Shown: piece after piece, positions 58,961-64,000 of the stretch
Numbering within the stretch: position 1 is the first letter of the stretch
How the letters are laid out: each line of letters starts with the position of its first letter
Assembly (NCBI GenBank): GCA_963835575.1
Contig: CAWIGG010000004.1
Coordinates: 928,001 to 992,000, forward strand
Reading direction: 5' to 3'
Length of the DNA stretch: 64,000 nucleotides
From: an uncultured Spirochaetota bacterium
GTDB lineage: Bacteria; Spirochaetota; Brevinematia; Brevinematales; JAOACQ01
Position numbers and translations under genes: made by a program
Notes under the pieces: model-generated
What the model was told of the DNA's origin: nothing
What the model saw: the letters and a program-made list of their open reading frames with translations, nothing else
Database searches by the model: none

Positions 58961-58984
58961 ATAATTAAAAAATTGAGTGGTTTT

Positions 58985-60061
58985 ATGAACAATCTGAATC
59001 AGGGAAACATCCTTCAAAAAGTCTATCTTTTTAAAAAAGACGGCATTGTCCAGCTGGAGGACAAAACCTTCCAGGGATTGGGCTATGAATTGATCAAAGG
59101 CCATGTGAAAGGCTTTTTTATTGAAAGCCACCATATGCTGGAGTCAAGAACACGGAGCGAAGTGATCGATTTGAACCAGCTGGTGATGTATAACGCACTC
59201 TATCTTAAGGTCAACCAGCAGCTTAAAAGCCTTCTCAGCGTGGACAATTACAATGTGTTCAAGGAAAATTACGGCAAGTTCGATATCAGGGACTTTGACA
59301 ATAAAAGGAAGGAATTTCTGGAAAACATCACCCAGCAGGTCATAGTGGCCGAGCTCTTTTCCCTTACCATCCGGGATATCTCCGATAATGAGCGCGCGCA
59401 GAAGGAGCGGAAGATCCAGGGGTTTGTCGACCAGATCTTCAGCCATATGGACAGCAGGGTCTTTGAGATCATCTATATGCAGGATGAAAGTTATCATATG
59501 GAATGGATCTCCTCGATCAGCGCCATTATTTCCAAATACTATTACCTTTCCGAGATCATTGAGGGAATGGGCATACCGCTTTTTGAGGTCATAGAAAACG
59601 CCCAGAAGGAAAACCAGAAGATCATTCTGAAAGAGATGTTCCCCGGCGAAGATGAAACGGCGCTGATCGGCCGGCTTGCGGACATTGAAACAAGAAACTC
59701 GGTTATCAATAAACTGGCCGAAAAAAATATTTTTATCCGCTGTGCCTGGTTTATTGACGAAAACTGGAGTTTTAACGGAAACGAAGCCACGGTCGTAAGG
59801 ATCGCCGTCACAAACAGGGGCCAGATGGACGATGAAATGAAGGAAAATGTCCGCAAAAAGACAAGCCTGTCCGTTGAGGACAAATCGCTGGATTATTTCT
59901 TCAGCAACTATTCAGAAAGAAGCCTTTCGGCCGGCATCGGCCTTCCGATGGTCAGTTTCCTTGTGGACGAATTCAAGCAGAAAGGCATAGAAGTCAAGTT
60001 TTCCCTGTCAAACGCCACCCAGAGGGACCATATTATCGCGGAAATGAGATTTGTGATATAA
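58985..60061 (+). CDS. hypothetical protein with possible GHKL/HATPase-like C-terminal domain
   Basis: EVIENA.K.N, V.N.G and SAGIGL motifs; the ORF-track start at 58949 lies inside the MITE. Confidence 0.55.
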   Translation: MNNLNQGNILQKVYLFKKDGIVQLEDKTFQGLGYELIKGHVKGFFIESHHMLESRTRSEVIDLNQLVMYNALYLKVNQQLKSLLSVDNYNVFKENYGKFDIRDFDNKRKEFLENITQQVIVAELFSLTIRDISDNERAQKERKIQGFVDQIFSHMDSRVFEIIYMQDESYHMEWISSISAIISKYYYLSEIIEGMGIPLFEVIENAQKENQKIILKEMFPGEDETALIGRLADIETRNSVINKLAEKNIFIRCAWFIDENWSFNGNEATVVRIAVTNRGQMDDEMKENVRKKTSLSVEDKSLDYFFSNYSERSLSAGIGLPMVSFLVDEFKQKGIEVKFSLSNATQRDHIIAEMRFVI

Positions 60062-60067
60062 TGCGTT

Positions 60068-60409
60068 GTTCACTTTTCTTTTGGCACGTCCCAAAAGAAA
60101 AGTGAACCGATCCCTCACCAGATGTACATATAATTTTCTACCTCGCGATGACTTTCGTGCACATCTGGTGAGGGACGAGGCCATTTTCATACGAAGCTGT
60201 CGGATCGTATGGATGTGTGTTATCCGGCATTTAGAATTTCATCCCTTGTAGTAATAGCCTCCTTATATCGCTGTCCATAGCTTTATGCGTCGGTTTTGAC
60301 ATCCGTGTCAAAAGTATGTGCCTCTCTTCTATTATTATAATAACGGATAATACAACTTGATATTGAGTTATTTGATTTTCCGATTATGGTTAAGAGGAAA
60401 ATGGCCTCG
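60068..60409. repeat. multi-hairpin intergenic element
   Basis: perfect stems of 17, 15, 13 and 8 bp (see findings). Confidence 0.65.
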
Positions 60410-60423
60410 GGAACGGGGTACAA

Positions 60424-60483
60424 TTAGCTTTTAGCTTCTGGCTGTCAGCTGGCTAACCGCTAACAGCCAATGGCTAACTGCTA
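60424..60483. repeat. inverted 7-mer (TAGC/GCTA) tandem repeat array
   Basis: ttagcttttagcttctggctgtcagc...gctaaccgctaacagccaatggctaactgcta. Confidence 0.75.
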
Positions 60484-61200
60484 TTTCTTTGCATTCGTTA
60501 CTGAAGATATATTCGTACCTTCCGACTTTACTGAATTCGTTTCCGGCCAATTATAAAGGAAATTTATTTTACTGATGCACAGGTCGTTATATTTACTGCC
60601 TTTATATACTGATTTGATTTTAAAAACTATTGTATATTTACTAATGTCTTCAACATATTTATCAAACCTATTTTCCTTATGTTCTTTATCTAAATCAGTC
60701 TTGAAATAAAATGAATTATTCAAGTTATAATCATCCTTCAATTGTATATTGTTTGATTCAATAAGAAACAAACCCAATATAACTTCGCCTATGTCTTGTC
60801 TAACATCATAAATGATTTTATACAAATATAAGTCAATATCCTTCACTCGATTATTTAAATCATATAATTGTTTATTCCTATGAAATCCATTAATTATTTT
60901 TATACCTTTAACCCATTTTTCATTAGAAAAAGGATCAGGACGGTCAAACATAATCATTATTTCTTCACCAACACCGCCATTCTTCCTTGTAGCCCAGGGT
61001 AAATCCGTTTGATCATTTATAAGGTTTTTATCATAAAAAATAATATCGTTCTCCACTAATTCTGAAGTTGAAGTAATATAAATTTTACTGCCCGATTTAA
61101 GAAATAAATCTTTAACCCGTTTTTCATTAAAATATATTTTATCTTTACCAAATGCCCATGCATTCATTAGAATAAACAGGATAATTATAATCCGCTTCAT
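60481..61200 (-). CDS. secreted protein with discoidin-like (NADase-type glycan-binding-like) domain
   Basis: signal peptide; W.....GG.GE.I, I.NGF....LY..NNRVK, I.SVYKG.KY.D.CIS; AT-rich. Confidence 0.7.
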   Translation of the reverse strand: MKRIIIILFILMNAWAFGKDKIYFNEKRVKDLFLKSGSKIYITSTSELVENDIIFYDKNLINDQTDLPWATRKNGGVGEEIMIMFDRPDPFSNEKWVKGIKIINGFHRNKQLYDLNNRVKDIDLYLYKIIYDVRQDIGEVILGLFLIESNNIQLKDDYNLNNSFYFKTDLDKEHKENRFDKYVEDISKYTIVFKIKSVYKGSKYNDLCISKINFLYNWPETNSVKSEGTNISSVTNAKK

Positions 61201-61278
61201 ATATTTAACCTCTTTCTAAATAAATTAGTAAACAATACATCCCCATAATATTACCTCAAAATTTTCCCATACGCAAAT

Positions 61279-61304
61279 CAGGGACGCTGAAAGAAGCGTC
61301 CCTG
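61279..61304. terminator. GC-rich hairpin, probable terminator
   Basis: CAGGGACGCT-gaaaga-AGCGTCCCTG. Confidence 0.6.
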
Positions 61305-61376
61305 TATTTATATTAAAAACTATAAACTTCGAATTCTTCCCGCATTCCTGTTTATGAGCTATTAAACTAAATAATT

Positions 61377-61416
61377 AATCCGCGCAAATCCGCCCCATCC
61401 GCGTTATCCGCGTGAA
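61377..61416. repeat. ~9-mer repeat array
   Basis: atccgcgcaaatccgccccatccgcgttatccgcgtg; reverse complement resembles 42753-42792. Confidence 0.7.
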
Positions 61417-61499
61417 AAATCGGATATTACAATAAAGTATCAATTATATAAATCCTTATATCAAAACAAAAGAGCCGTTAATCCTCTTCTAGCCAGCCC

Positions 61500-62144
61500 C
61501 TATTTGCCCGCTTGTTCCGCCAGATTGATCTTTTTATAAACATATTTGATGTATTCCAGATTAATGTCCTTCGCCACTGTTATTTTGATAGTCTCTTTCG
61601 ATTTCCCGACCGGGATATCATCAGCGCTGTAATCACGCCAGTTTAAAGGATAGACCAGGTCTTTCCCGTCGCAGATCGTCAGATAATTTCCTTCTATGAT
61701 CCGCCTGAAGGAGAAATGCTCATTGAGACTGTTCTTATTCTCGATCAGCAGATCAATATTATAGGTTTTCGTGTTTTTATTGATAGAAGATATGCTTCCG
61801 GCAACGCTGACATCCATTTTTTCAAGCTGATCGACAAATTGATTGTCCCAGTTCTTCACCAGCTCGTCCTTTGTCAGGATCAGGCCTTTAGAAACGATTT
61901 TTGCCGAGACTTTCAATATGCTGTCGGAAATCGGTTCCCAGTTGGCAATAATTAAAATCACATTGAGCCCGATTAATATTATAATCCCGAAAACGAGGGA
62001 TGAAAGAGTGATGATGACTTTATTCACGTTGATTTTGTTCTTCTGTACCAGGTCAATGATCAATTTAATGACAATAGCCGCGATAATAACAAAGATGACT
62101 ACTATAAGAAGGGAAATGATGATAATTCCGATTATACTGAGCAT
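61500..62144 (-). CDS. hypothetical membrane protein (2 TM + soluble beta domain)
   Basis: GAGGAGG RBS before MLSIIG; two hydrophobic helices. Confidence 0.7.
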   Translation of the reverse strand: MLSIIGIIIISLLIVVIFVIIAAIVIKLIIDLVQKNKINVNKVIITLSSLVFGIIILIGLNVILIIANWEPISDSILKVSAKIVSKGLILTKDELVKNWDNQFVDQLEKMDVSVAGSISSINKNTKTYNIDLLIENKNSLNEHFSFRRIIEGNYLTICDGKDLVYPLNWRDYSADDIPVGKSKETIKITVAKDINLEYIKYVYKKINLAEQAGK

Positions 62145-62206
62145 AAATCCTCCTCTAAACAATGCTTTATAGATTTTATCATTAATTGAAGGAATAAATC
62201 AAATAA

Positions 62207-62409
62207 GGGCAGTTCTAAAAACTCAAATATTTAGAACTGCCGCTATTGTATGAGTTCATGCTACCGCTCGAGTTCGCTGTCTGAAAAGAAAGCCGACCAG
62301 CGAACTCTATACGGCAGCGCCATTTGCATTCACAAGGAATTTTTAACCGGGGCAGTTCCAAAACCTGTTGTGGAAATATCTGATAAATTTTTAGTTTTTG
62401 GAACTGCCC
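62207..62409. mobile_element. composite MITE-like element (homolog of 12175-12338)
   Basis: two palindromic units plus hairpin core; ATAA on both flanks. Confidence 0.78.
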
Positions 62410-62455
62410 ATAACAGATATTTTGAGAATTGATCTGCGGCAGGAAATATCCCGGA

Positions 62456-63805
62456 CTATTTTCTCATGGCGTTAACCGCATAAGCCCGGTCGAAATATTG
62501 ATCAAGCTCTTCTTTTTTTAAGGAAGTATTTTCTATAATAATCTTCTTATATTCTTCCATTGTGCCGGGATTTCGGGAATTGAGGATTTCATAAATTTCT
62601 TTGATCTTGTGATATCCCAGTACGGGTACCAGCGTGTTAAGAAGGACATGCGAGCGGAGCATGTTTTCCTCGATCCTCTCATGGTCCAGCTCCATCAGCG
62701 GGAAGAATTTTTCAAGAAGCGCGGAGATGGCCTTATTGAGACAGGAATGGATCTCGATAAATGATTCCAGGATAAAAGGCAGGTAAGCGTTCAATTGAAG
62801 CTGGCCGTTCTGAGCGTAGGAAGCGATCTTGCCGGCCTCATGCTGTACGGAAATAGATAAGCCGCGGGCCAGTTCCAGTATGACGGGATTGGTCTTGGCG
62901 GCCATGATCGTGGAGCCGTATTGAAGGACGGGATGCCTGATCTCGCCGATAAACGATGAAGTATAGAGCAGGAGGTCGCCCGTCATTTTGAAGATGTTCA
63001 AAGCGCAGAGGCTGTAGCCGTTCGCGAGCTCCGCCCATTTGTCCTGGTTGGCGATTTCATCCGTCAGGTTCTGGCTTCTTGCCAGCGGAAGGCCTGTGAT
63101 CTGGCGGAGGTATTTTTCGGTAAAATAAATATATTCCTGCGGTGCGGAAAAGCATGTGCCGAGCGCCGTGCCGCCCAGCGCGGTTGTCCTGATGCGCTCC
63201 TTGAGCTTGTGGAGCCGCCACCTGTCGCGCTCGACGCCCCCCGCCCATGAGGCAAATACCTGCCCGAGCGTTATGGGAAGCGCGTCCTGCATTTCGGTCC
63301 TTCCGGTCATCATGATACTGCCGGTCTCATTTTCTTTTTTGATCAAAGATTCCTGAAGTTTGATGACGGATTCTTCAGTTTCCAGAAGGTCCCGGTACAG
63401 CATGACCGTCACCGCGGTCGGGAATGTATCGTTTGTCGATTGATAGCGGTTGATATCGTCTATCGGGTCAATGTGAATCTTCTTTTTATCTTTTTTGTAT
63501 GACAATTCTGAAGCCCTGCCGGCAATGACTTCGTTGATGTTCATATTGATACTGGTCCCGGCGCCTCCCTGTTTGAGAGAGAGGGGAAAATGAGAATCAA
63601 GCTTTCCTTCGACGACTTCATCCGCCGCTTCCAGGACGCATCCGTAAACGGACGGCCCGAATACTTTGCCGTTTTCCTGCATGGCCATGATACAGCTCTT
63701 CTTGACCTCGCCGTACGCGCGGATCAGTTCCCGGGGGAGATTTCCCCGGCCGAAGTTTTGTATTGCTTTTTCCGTTTCACTGCCGTAATACTTTTTTTCA
63801 GGCAT
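62456..63805 (-). CDS. aspA: aspartate ammonia-lyase / fumarase class II family
   Basis: QGGAGTS.NMN.NEV, QSTND.FPTA, GRT.MQDA.P.TLGQ, GSTIMAAKTNP, GQLQLN. Confidence 0.85.
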   Translation of the reverse strand: MPEKKYYGSETEKAIQNFGRGNLPRELIRAYGEVKKSCIMAMQENGKVFGPSVYGCVLEAADEVVEGKLDSHFPLSLKQGGAGTSINMNINEVIAGRASELSYKKDKKKIHIDPIDDINRYQSTNDTFPTAVTVMLYRDLLETEESVIKLQESLIKKENETGSIMMTGRTEMQDALPITLGQVFASWAGGVERDRWRLHKLKERIRTTALGGTALGTCFSAPQEYIYFTEKYLRQITGLPLARSQNLTDEIANQDKWAELANGYSLCALNIFKMTGDLLLYTSSFIGEIRHPVLQYGSTIMAAKTNPVILELARGLSISVQHEAGKIASYAQNGQLQLNAYLPFILESFIEIHSCLNKAISALLEKFFPLMELDHERIEENMLRSHVLLNTLVPVLGYHKIKEIYEILNSRNPGTMEEYKKIIIENTSLKKEELDQYFDRAYAVNAMRK

Positions 63806-64000
63806 TGACAGCCTCCTTTAAGCGTCTTAATGAATCCCCTCTTCCTTTTATAATAGTCTTTCCTGCGGAGCGGGCGCGAACTTCAAGACAGCCGATGCAC
63901 TGCAGGCCGTCCTCTTCGATGCAGATCTTGCCCGGATAGAGAGTGTAATAACGGCGGTAGGGCAGAGGCGTGATATTGGGCATGATGATATTGGCGCCGG
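63798..64000 (-). CDS. hydE: C-terminus of [FeFe]-hydrogenase maturase HydE (radical SAM), partial
   Basis: GANIIMPNITP..YR..Y.LYPGK.C; overlaps the aspA start. Confidence 0.75.
   Translation of the reverse strand, partial: GANIIMPNITPLPYRRYYTLYPGKICIEEDGLQCIGCLEVRARSAGKTIIKGRGDSLRRLKEAVNA

Noticed and set aside
58795..58984. MITE-disrupted longer N-terminus of the 58985 gene
   Set aside because: Removing the MITE still leaves an in-frame TGA at 58879-58881.
1..64000. tRNA, rRNA or prophage genes
   Set aside because: No cloverleaf, rRNA or phage structural signatures were recognised; a covariance search would be needed to exclude small RNAs.

Overview
64 kb of bacterial chromosome. The protein repertoire suggests an anaerobic spirochaete-like organism (inference only). 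Housekeeping and metabolic genes: a pterin/folate operon, archease-rtcB, purH-like, ygiD, mtaB, a GH94 phosphorylase, hydE-aspA, two diguanylate cyclases and an ECF sigma/FecR module. Mobile DNA: one IS66-family element (8-bp TSD), two apparently identical 1768-bp DDE IS copies (4-bp TSDs), one IS1182-family element (4-bp TSD) and several families of MITE/REP-like intergenic repeats. Most notable: (i) a ~3.7-kb integrase-less defence islet (Lamassu/ABC-three-component with HNH effector, plus a GIY-YIG gene) bounded by two diverged copies of the last 20 codons of a sensor-kinase/diguanylate-cyclase gene; (ii) a solitary, very AT-rich integron-like gene cassette with its own upstream promoter, whose attC-like site is split by the IS1182; (iii) composite miniature elements with 4-bp TSDs carrying a hairpin core with compensatory changes; (iv) a GGDEF domain with an inserted Cys4 zinc ribbon. 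No rRNA, tRNA or CRISPR array was seen. All calls come from reading the sequence by eye; no searches were run.
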